Below are positions 1 to 8,300 of a stretch of DNA of 25,869 nucleotides, piece after piece. The position numbers and the translations under genes were made by a program. The notes beneath the pieces are model-generated. The model worked only from the letters and a program-made list of their open reading frames with translations, searched no databases and was not told the origin of the DNA. Numbering within the stretch: the first letter of the stretch is position 1; every line of letters starts with the position of its first letter. The DNA comes from a virus (taxonomy: Duplodnaviria > Caudoviricetes), in the IMG/VR virus record IMGVR_UViG_3300027656_000044, positions 1-25,869 of that record; one strand, written 5' to 3'.

Positions 1-1608
1 ACAACAGACGGCACGTACACAGGTACTTCTGGCGTAGCCCCCGCTATGAACACTTTGTTTGGCCAAGGTAAGTTTGTTGGCACGGGTACTGAAATGGGTA
101 CAGGCACGACAGGCCCAATATTGGACTTTGGCGGTACGACAGCGTTTGGTACGACTAGTCCCTTGGCGGCAGCTAAAGCACAAATAGCCGAGCAGTCAGC
201 CGCTAAGAAAGCCGCAGACAAAGCCAAACTTGATTTGTACAGCCAGTGGGGAGCGTTGAACCCCAAAGCCACAAACCTTGAACATGCCAACTTTGTAGAC
301 ACAATTGGTCTTGACCCCGCCGTTGCCGCGCAACTTATTGGTATTAGCCCAGATCAAGCGCAGAATGCTTACGCCGATGCTAAGTACAACAAACAGACTG
401 GCGACTCACAAGCCGCATACAACTACTTGATGGGCAAAGGCGCGTACCCAACTAAATCCAAAGTTGGTGAAATTGCCCGTCCTTACGCAGAAGCCACGCT
501 TGGTTACCCAGCCAACACCAACAGGCAGTACATCTACGACCAAGCCACTGGCAAGTACAACCGTAACCCTGACTATGTAGCCGAGTATAAAGACTCATCA
601 GGCGGCGTGAACTACCTCATGTCACCAACTGAAATTTTTAATTACTTCAAGAAGAATGCAAGTCAAGACGACGCAACAACGTACGCGTGGGCACTTGCAA
701 ACAACCTGACGCCAAAAGATATTGCTGATGCTACAGGTGTTCCACTTTCCCAAATAACACCAAAGTGGCGTGCTGCTGTGGCAAATAAAGTGGCAACTAC
801 AGTCAAAAATGCAGACGGTACGGTTAACCAAGAAGCCACTGACAAAGCAATTGCAGACAAGGCCGCCGCCGATAAAGCCGCCGCAGATATTGCGGCCAAC
901 AACGCTATTAAGGATAACTGGGATGAAGCCGCTTACTTAGCCGCAAATCCTGACGTTGCTGCCGAGTTGTCTACAGGTAGATCTGTGTCTGGGCAACCAG
1001 TCAAGTTTAAGACTGGGTACGAACACTTCACAATGTTTGGCCAAGCTGGTGGAAGGAAACCCACTGTTAAAGCTGGAACGACAGCCACTACGGGTTCCAC
1101 AGCCACTACGGGTTCTACAGCCACTACGGATTCCACTCAGTTGACAAACCCAGCTTCACCACCAACATCTGATCCCGGTGAGCGCAATGAATGGGTGTGG
1201 GATTATGTCGGTAAAAAATGGATTGCCTCGGAAATTCAACGGGCTGCTGGCGGTGGCATCATGAAACTAGCCATGGGCGGTATGCCAATTGATGGCTATG
1301 CCGTAGGCGGTGGACTAAGTGCTTTGGGTAGCTACTCTGATGGTGGCCGACTGCTTCGAGGCCCCGGTGATGGTGTATCTGACAGCATCCCTGCAACGAT
1401 TGGCCAAAAACAACAACCTGCACGCCTTGCCGATGGTGAGTTTGTAGTACCTGCTCGCATTGTGTCTGAACTGGGTAACGGCTCAACAGAGGCAGGCGCT
1501 AAGAAGCTCTACGCCATGATGGATCGTGTACAACGTGCACGCGGTAAAACCACAGGCAAAAACAAAGTAGCGGCTAATAGCCGTGCTGACAAACACCTTC
1601 CCGCGTAA
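1..1608 (+). CDS. Modular virion/internal (ejection-type) protein, 5'-partial, with a C-terminal tape-measure-like AxGG/GEFV domain
   Basis: Frame 1 is open from base 1 (aca aca gac ggc ... gct atg), so the gene probably starts upstream of the window rather than at 46. It contains two ~45-aa helical repeats, a WDEAAYLAANPDVAA...GYEHF..FG...GR module and a C-terminal YSDGG-LLRGPGDGVSDSIPA...LADGEFVVPA...LYAMM motif of the kind seen in phage tape-measure/virion proteins. It is the first visible gene of a tightly packed + strand block. Confidence 0.75.
   Translation, partial: TTDGTYTGTSGVAPAMNTLFGQGKFVGTGTEMGTGTTGPILDFGGTTAFGTTSPLAAAKAQIAEQSAAKKAADKAKLDLYSQWGALNPKATNLEHANFVDTIGLDPAVAAQLIGISPDQAQNAYADAKYNKQTGDSQAAYNYLMGKGAYPTKSKVGEIARPYAEATLGYPANTNRQYIYDQATGKYNRNPDYVAEYKDSSGGVNYLMSPTEIFNYFKKNASQDDATTYAWALANNLTPKDIADATGVPLSQITPKWRAAVANKVATTVKNADGTVNQEATDKAIADKAAADKAAADIAANNAIKDNWDEAAYLAANPDVAAELSTGRSVSGQPVKFKTGYEHFTMFGQAGGRKPTVKAGTTATTGSTATTGSTATTDSTQLTNPASPPTSDPGERNEWVWDYVGKKWIASEIQRAAGGGIMKLAMGGMPIDGYAVGGGLSALGSYSDGGRLLRGPGDGVSDSIPATIGQKQQPARLADGEFVVPARIVSELGNGSTEAGAKKLYAMMDRVQRARGKTTGKNKVAANSRADKHLPA
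841..900 (+). repeat. Degenerate 15-bp coding repeat (DKAIA/DKAAA/DKAAA/DIAAN)
   Basis: gacaaagcaattgca gacaaggccgccgcc gataaagccgccgca gatattgcggccaac. Confidence 0.7.
1081..1134 (+). repeat. 18-bp tandem repeat x3 encoding a TATTGS/TATTDS linker
   Basis: acagccactacgggttcc acagccactacgggttct acagccactacggattcc; each copy differs from the first by at most one base. Confidence 0.95.
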
Positions 1609-1617
1609 GGACAGATC

Positions 1618-3144
1618 ATGGCCGGCGAAACAACTCCAACCCAAACAAACTATACAAACGTATCAATCCCAGACTACGCTAAGTCGTATGTCACGGATAT
1701 GCTGGGCCAAGCCGCAGCAGTTACCGACATTAACACCAATCCCTACATGCAGTACATGGGGGACAAAGTTGCGCAGTTCACACCTTTGCAGCAGCAAGCC
1801 TTTACGGGTGCGCAGAATATGAAGGTGTCGCCTCAGATTCAACAGGCTTCCGATTTGACGGGCTTGGCTTCACAAGCGGCCATGAACTACGGCACGTACA
1901 ACCCCGCTACTTTTTCAGCATACGCAGCACAGAACCCCAACCTGAACTACTACCAAGCAGGTAATGTCGCTAGTGTTGGAGGCAGTAACATGTCTACGCC
2001 AACCATGGCGACTGCTAAGAGTGCATACGACCCTAAGATACAGCAGTATCAGATGGCTCCCTCACAGGGGATTACAACTGAGTCTTTTACACGTCCTAGT
2101 ACGCAAGACCAGTACATGTCGCCCTACATGCGTAATGTGGTTGAGCGTCAGCAACAGGATGCCGCCCGTCAAGCAGCTATTGCAGGGCAAATGCAAGGTG
2201 CCCAAGCCGCACGTTCTGGTGCGTTTGGCGGTAGTGGTGACTACTTAATGCGTGGGCAGATGGCGGGTAACTTAGCCCGTCAAAAAGGCGACATCTTTGC
2301 ACAAGGCCAACAAGCCGCATTTACCCAAGGTCAGCAACAGTTCAATCAAGAACAAGCCGCCAGAATGCAGGCAAACCTTGCCAATCAGCAAGCGGGGCTA
2401 CAAGTAGGCAGTCAGAATCTGTCGGCGATGCTTGGCACCCAGCAACTGGCCACACAAACTGGACTGCAAACAGCGTTGGCTAATTTGAGCGCTGCTCAGC
2501 AAGCCAACGTGCAAAACCAAGCGGCACATCTGCAAACGCAAGGACTTAACGCACAACAAGCATTGCAGGCAGCGTTAGCCAACCAACAAGCCGAGATAGG
2601 TCTAGGCAGTCAGAACCTGCAAGCCAAGCTGGGTGTACAACAATTTGGTGCTGGTCAGGATTTACAAGCACAACTGGCTAATCAACAGCAGTTAATGCAG
2701 GCACAACAATTAGCCGAGCAGTCACGCCAATATGGTGCAGGTCTAGGACTTCAAGGTTTGCAAACAGCGCTGACAGGTGCAGGTCAGTTGGGTAACTTGG
2801 GCAATACATCTTACAACCAGCTAATGGGTATTAACCAACTGCAAGGTCAGTATGGCGGTATGCAGCAGCAACAAACGCAAAACATCCTGAATCAGCAGAT
2901 GCAGGACTTCCAAAATTACCAAAACTACCCATACAAGCAGTTGGGCTTCATGTCCGACATGCTCCGTGGTTTGCCATTGACTCAGCAGTCAGGTACGATT
3001 TACCAGCAAGCACCTTCCGCGCTATCTCAAGTAGCTGGTTTAGGGTTGACGGGTGCGGCTTTGTTAAGAGCCAAAGGCGGTACGGTTGACAGCAACGAGC
3101 GTCCTGCAGGTCTGGCAGAATTAGCTATCCATAACATGGGCTGA
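1618..3144 (+). CDS. Gln-rich internal virion protein, putative DNA pilot/ejection protein
   Basis: 508 aa, very rich in Q/A/N/G, AAGGA RBS upstream. Has a QYMSPYM motif, an 11/33-residue repeat region, and a hydrophobic C-terminal segment (ALSQVAGLGLTGAALL) followed by RAKGG. Confidence 0.7.
   Translation: MAGETTPTQTNYTNVSIPDYAKSYVTDMLGQAAAVTDINTNPYMQYMGDKVAQFTPLQQQAFTGAQNMKVSPQIQQASDLTGLASQAAMNYGTYNPATFSAYAAQNPNLNYYQAGNVASVGGSNMSTPTMATAKSAYDPKIQQYQMAPSQGITTESFTRPSTQDQYMSPYMRNVVERQQQDAARQAAIAGQMQGAQAARSGAFGGSGDYLMRGQMAGNLARQKGDIFAQGQQAAFTQGQQQFNQEQAARMQANLANQQAGLQVGSQNLSAMLGTQQLATQTGLQTALANLSAAQQANVQNQAAHLQTQGLNAQQALQAALANQQAEIGLGSQNLQAKLGVQQFGAGQDLQAQLANQQQLMQAQQLAEQSRQYGAGLGLQGLQTALTGAGQLGNLGNTSYNQLMGINQLQGQYGGMQQQQTQNILNQQMQDFQNYQNYPYKQLGFMSDMLRGLPLTQQSGTIYQQAPSALSQVAGLGLTGAALLRAKGGTVDSNERPAGLAELAIHNMG
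2371..2733 (+). repeat. 33-aa (3 x 11) protein repeat in the Gln-rich protein
   Basis: xxLAN units start exactly 99 nt apart at 2371 (ANLANQQ), 2470 (TALANLS), 2569 (AALANQQ) and 2668 (AQLANQQ). GSQNL recurs 66 aa apart. Confidence 0.85.
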
Positions 3145-3149
3145 AGAAC

Positions 3150-5288
3150 ATGGCACTACCAAACGCTGAAAAACTTACATCGCAGATGGCGATGTTGCCC
3201 GATGCTGCATTGAAGCAGATGGCCATGATGCATAAGAACGACCCGTACGTTCTACCCTTGATTATTTCCGAAGATGGCCGCCGTAAGCAGATGCGCCAAG
3301 CCGCGCAAGCTCAGATGGCAGGTATGCCCCAACCCAAGGTAGCCGATGCAGCCTTGGCACAGATGGGCCAGTTGCCAGAAGAACAAGGTATTGGCGCTTT
3401 ACCTGCTCCTAACATGCAGCGCATGGCTGATGGCGGTATTGCTGGCTACGAAGACGACCAAGAAGGCATGGCCACGGGCGGTATGGGCGGCATGTTTAAC
3501 TTTGCCCAGCAGAGTGAACCTGTAGTTCGTATGGCTGGCGGTGGTGTGCCCGGATACAAGAATGGCGTTGCGGTGCCTGCCGATTTAGATGCGTTCATTG
3601 ACGAGCAAGCCAAACTTAACGGTATCCCCCCAGCTACGCTTCGCGCAGTTATTCAAGCGGAAAGCGGCGGAAAAGTTGACGCCCAGAGCAAGACATCGTC
3701 TGCCCAAGGTTTAATGCAGTTGATTAACCGCACCTTTACCAAAGGTGGTGGCGACCCCGCAAAGCGCAAAGACCCGTTTGAAAACATTCGCGTAGGTGCT
3801 AAAGTTTTGGGCGATGATGCTGCCGCTTTGCGTAAGCAATTAAACCGCGACGTGTCTCCTGAAGAACTGTACGCAACTCACGTACTTGGCCGCGGTACAG
3901 GTTCACGCTTGCTACAAGCCGACCCTAGCATGACGATGGCGCAAGCGCTTAAAGCGGCTGATCCAAAGAACGCAGACAATATCATCAAGAGCAACTCTAA
4001 GTTGTTTGGTAACGGCAACAAAACTGTTGGCGAAGTCATGCAGACGTTCTCTACTAAGATGGCTTCTGCTGTGCCAATCGGGACTGCACAAGCTGGCCAG
4101 CCCCCAAGCGCAAAACCCACAGACTTGGCTTCCCAAATCCCCGGACAGTCTGTACGAGCGCCAGCTTCTACTTACGACCAGCAGAACTCATACTTTGGTC
4201 AATTGGCTGACAAAATGGGCATACCCCTAGAGTACCAACGCAATATTGCCAACACAGCAAACGCCCTGAGTGGGTACACTTCCCCTATCAGTACGGCAAA
4301 CCGCGCTGTTGGTCAGGCGTCTAAAGCACTGGAAGCTACTCCTGAGATGATTGCCAATGCTGAGAGAGCCAAACAAGTTGCTGAAACACAGCGTCTATTA
4401 CCTCCGGCCAAGGCTGGACTAGAAGCGCTTGATGAGGCTTCTCAAGCAACTCGTGCTGCTGCGGAAGCAGCACGTCGTGCCCGTGGCGTAGAGCAAGATA
4501 TACAAGCGGCCAAAGCCGCAGAGCAGTCTATTGATGCTGCAAACTTGACTTCAAAAATTGCCCGTACAACAGAAGAAGCCATAGCCGCTGGCCCTAATGC
4601 CCGTGCTTTGGATGCCGCCAAATTAGCTAACGCTTCTAAAGCACTGGCAGGTACACAACTGGCCGAAGAAAAAGTTAAAGATCTGTTTGGCGAAGCCGCT
4701 ACATACGACCCTAACAAAATGGCGCCTGTCAGACCTGACGAGTTTGGTACTGCCGAAGCACCAGCAGAGGCACCACCCAAACCTTCTAATGTAATTGCCG
4801 CAGCCAAAGAAGCTGTACCTGCTAAAGAGCGTAAAGGTTTTGGCAACGACGACCTGTTGATGCTGGGTTTAAGTTTGTTGGCCAACAAGTCACCTAACTT
4901 CATGACTGCTTTGGGCGAAGCCGGTATTCAGACTTTGGGCGCTAAGAAAGAACGCGAGAAGGCTGAGACTGACCTTGAGTACAGAGACATCATGAAAAAG
5001 TACTACGGCTCTCTTGGCGCAAAAGCCGAAGCGGATGCCAGTTACATTGCATCTGGGGAAAAAGGACGCATGGCAGATCGTCAGAAAGCCGCAGCGCTTA
5101 TTGAAAATGATTTGGCAGCTTTCAGAAAAACTATGGAAGGCAGTATGGCGCAACCCGGAGCCGAAGCCGCAAAACGCAGAGAACTTACAAACTATTATTT
5201 TGGCTTGTTTGGTATTGATGTTCCCGCTACAATGGCTGCTACGGCCGGGGTAGAAATACCTCAAGGTGTCAAGGTGACCCGCGGCTAA
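3150..5288 (+). CDS. Internal virion protein with an SLT-family lytic transglycosylase domain (virion-associated peptidoglycan hydrolase)
   Basis: GIPPATLRAVIQAES (catalytic Glu171, nt 3660-3662), SSAQGLMQL, DPFENIRVGAKVL and LYATHVLG match the SLT fold. The rest is Ala-rich and helical. Confidence 0.85.
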   Translation: MALPNAEKLTSQMAMLPDAALKQMAMMHKNDPYVLPLIISEDGRRKQMRQAAQAQMAGMPQPKVADAALAQMGQLPEEQGIGALPAPNMQRMADGGIAGYEDDQEGMATGGMGGMFNFAQQSEPVVRMAGGGVPGYKNGVAVPADLDAFIDEQAKLNGIPPATLRAVIQAESGGKVDAQSKTSSAQGLMQLINRTFTKGGGDPAKRKDPFENIRVGAKVLGDDAAALRKQLNRDVSPEELYATHVLGRGTGSRLLQADPSMTMAQALKAADPKNADNIIKSNSKLFGNGNKTVGEVMQTFSTKMASAVPIGTAQAGQPPSAKPTDLASQIPGQSVRAPASTYDQQNSYFGQLADKMGIPLEYQRNIANTANALSGYTSPISTANRAVGQASKALEATPEMIANAERAKQVAETQRLLPPAKAGLEALDEASQATRAAAEAARRARGVEQDIQAAKAAEQSIDAANLTSKIARTTEEAIAAGPNARALDAAKLANASKALAGTQLAEEKVKDLFGEAATYDPNKMAPVRPDEFGTAEAPAEAPPKPSNVIAAAKEAVPAKERKGFGNDDLLMLGLSLLANKSPNFMTALGEAGIQTLGAKKEREKAETDLEYRDIMKKYYGSLGAKAEADASYIASGEKGRMADRQKAAALIENDLAAFRKTMEGSMAQPGAEAAKRRELTNYYFGLFGIDVPATMAATAGVEIPQGVKVTRG

Positions 5289-5307
5289 CAATAAGTGAGG
5301 TGCGGGT

Positions 5308-8300
5308 ATGCCGCTTTACCAAGTTGAAATCCCCGGTAGGGGTAAGTTCAAAGTCGATTCTCCGACCGAGCTAACAGACGAGCAGGTATACGCCGCCGTC
5401 CTTCAAGATATTGGTAACGCACCTCCCCCTAAAAAGGGGATGCTTGCAGCCCTTGGCAAAGGCGCAGAGTCCACGCTAAGTGGGCTTCGTACTGGCGTGG
5501 CTGGCGCTTTCGGTTCTCCCGAAGAAGCTGCTAGGGCCGGCATCCAGCGCGGCGAAGACATCTCTGGCAGATATGCTGACCAAGTCAGCATGGACAGAGT
5601 CAAAGAAGCCTTCAACAAAGACGGTGTTCTTTCTGCGGCCAAAGAAGTTGGTCGTCAAATCCCCTTGGCCATTGCTGAGCAAGCGCCTAACCTTGCTACG
5701 TCGTTTGGTGGCGCGCGTCTTGGTGCTATGGCTGGTACGGCTCTTGGCCCTGCGGGTACTGTGGCTGGCGGTATTGCAGGCGGCTTAGCAGGCGCGTTTC
5801 TCCCCTCCTTGATTCAGCAGTACGGCGGTAACATTGAGCGCCAAGCGCAAGAACAAATGGCTCGTGGCGAGCCCATTAAGATTGACACAGGTGCTGCCGG
5901 AACCGCAGCCGCCCCGCAAGCTGCCTTGGATGTAGCGCAAGCGTTTATTCCCTTTGGTGGCAAACTGGTCAGTAAGCTGACGGGCATCCCCGAGATGGCC
6001 TTCTTTGGGAGGTCTGCCGCACAAGCCACAAAGTTAGCCGATGAAAAGTTACTGGCAAGTCTTGCAAAAGGTACTGGCGTAGGCTTGTTGGCCGAAGTGC
6101 CAACAGAGATTGCCCAACAGATGCTTCAGCGTGCACAGGCAGGGTTATCCCTAACCTCCCCTGATGCGATGAAAGAGTATGGGGAAACCGCCTATCAGGT
6201 TGGTTTGCTTGGGCCTTTGGGTGCTGTCGGTCGTCTGTCTGCAAAAGGTGCAGCCCGAGACGAAGTTGCCGCTAGACAAGCCGCAGAACAAGAAGCTGCC
6301 GCACAAGCGGCTCCTACACCAGTACCCGCACCAGAGGCCGCACCGGAAGCTCCGGTTACTCCTGAAGTTGTGGCTACACCAGAGGTTGTGCCTGCACCAG
6401 AAGCTGTTGCCCCTGCTCCTGCCGTTGCTCCCGAAGTGGCTCCAGAGCCCGTAGCTGTGCCAGAGGTTGCGCCTACGCCAGCGGCTCCCGTGGGTATCAG
6501 AGAGACTGTTCGACCCGGCGCGGTCATGGGTTCTATGGACACAGGTGTGACTCCCGCTGCACCACCTGCGGCTCCCGTTGTGCCGCCACAAGCGCCGATG
6601 TCTGTGCAGCAATTGATGGATCAGTATGATACGTTGCAGTTAAAGCAAGATGCGCTCTACGACAAGATGAGTGCTTCCCCGCAAGCGTACAAAGAGAATG
6701 CTCCGTCATACAAAGAATCCCAAGCAGCGTTAGATGCTATTCGTCAAAAAATTGAGGACTTGGGCGGTACGACCGAGACACCTGAGCGCTTTGAGGCGCA
6801 GGCCAAAGCATCAATGGCAACAATCGATAAGAAGATCGAGTCCGCCAACAAAGCCTTTGCCACGGCAATGGACAAAGAAAACCGTGACTTGCCAGCCGCC
6901 GATAAAGCTATGGCACAGCTTGAGAAACTGACGGCTGAACGCGAAGTATTGTTAAAAAACCAAACTGAGAAACGTGCTGTACTGACAGAGAAGCAAACTA
7001 ACCTTGAACAGCGTGGTCAGACTCGTGAGTTGTTTACCGAGAAAGAAGCGCCTATCCCTCCAACGGAGAAGCCTGAAGGCCCAGAGCAGCCCACCACCGT
7101 GCCCGGTATTGCTGAGAAGCCTGCTGAAGCGCTGGAGTTTAAACCCAAAGAAGTGCTGGCTGAGACGCCCCGCCCCGAAGGTTATGGCCTCACCCGTGTA
7201 TCCGATGACAGGCCAATCAAGTTGGCCATGCAGAAAGACCCAGAGCAACTAGACATCTTTAGTCCTGAGAATATTCAGCGCACAGGTATGACTCCCGAAG
7301 AGCGTGTAGGTGCCGATCGCCGTATAGCAGAAGCCACAAACATGTCGGCTGGTCGTGTCTCCCAGTATGTCAGGGATGCTGAAAAGCAGCGTATGACCCG
7401 GGCACTAGATACGCGGTTAAATCTTGCCGGCACAGAAGCTACACGTACTGTAACGCCTGAACAGTACGACATCACAATGAACAACATCGACCGCCTGCAT
7501 AATAAGGTGGTGCTCCCGATTGGTAACGCCAAGCAGTCTTGGTTGCAAGAGTTGTACGATGCCGCAGACGTACACAACACGCTTCTTGAGCAGGCAGAAA
7601 CAAACAAAAGCTTTGGCCTTCAGCGCAAGATCAACGCAGCACTTAGCAAGTACAACAAAGTGCTGGCCAAGATTACGCCTGTGCGTGAGCAAATTGAGAA
7701 AATGTACAAGAGCATGTACGAAACCACGCCTGCGGCCAAGGCAAGCGTAGTGGCAACGGAAAAGAAAAAAGCAGCTGAAGAACAACTTGACACCATCAAG
7801 ATCAGGGATGCAGAAGGCAAGACCGTTGGTGCTCAAGTAAGTCGCGCCGTTAAAAGAACCAAACGGATTGAGTCAGGCGATGTCCGCAAAGAAGCGGAAG
7901 ACTCTGCCCAGATGCGTAAATTGGCAACGTCTCTTGGTATGCAAGAGCCTGAGTACGAGAAGCTTGGCAACAACATGGCCAAACGCGTGGCCGCGTTACG
8001 CGAAAAATACGGCAAAAACGATCCCGAAGTAACTGCATTCCAGTTGCAGATGAACGACACGTTGCAGGCCAAGGCGCTTGAGCTTGGAAGAAAAACCCCT
8101 GAGTACAAGGCCACGCTTGCAGAGCAGACAGATATTGTCAGAGAAGCGCTGTCTCAAAGCAAACAAGAAACGCCTTCCAAACGTACGGAGCAAGAGACTC
8201 GTAAAGTACGCCGCGCACCTACAGAAGACCGTACGGGTTCTGCCGAAAGCCGTGTAGCTACAGAGAAGAAATCCCTGCGTGAAGCGGGTTCACGCCTGAC

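Noticed and set aside
1081-1134. CRISPR-like array
   Set aside because: The repeats are contiguous, in-frame coding units with no spacers.
5250-5355. Similarity between the ORF3 C-terminus (VEIPQGVKV) and the ORF4 N-terminus (VEIPGRGKFKV)
   Set aside because: Too short to distinguish from chance.
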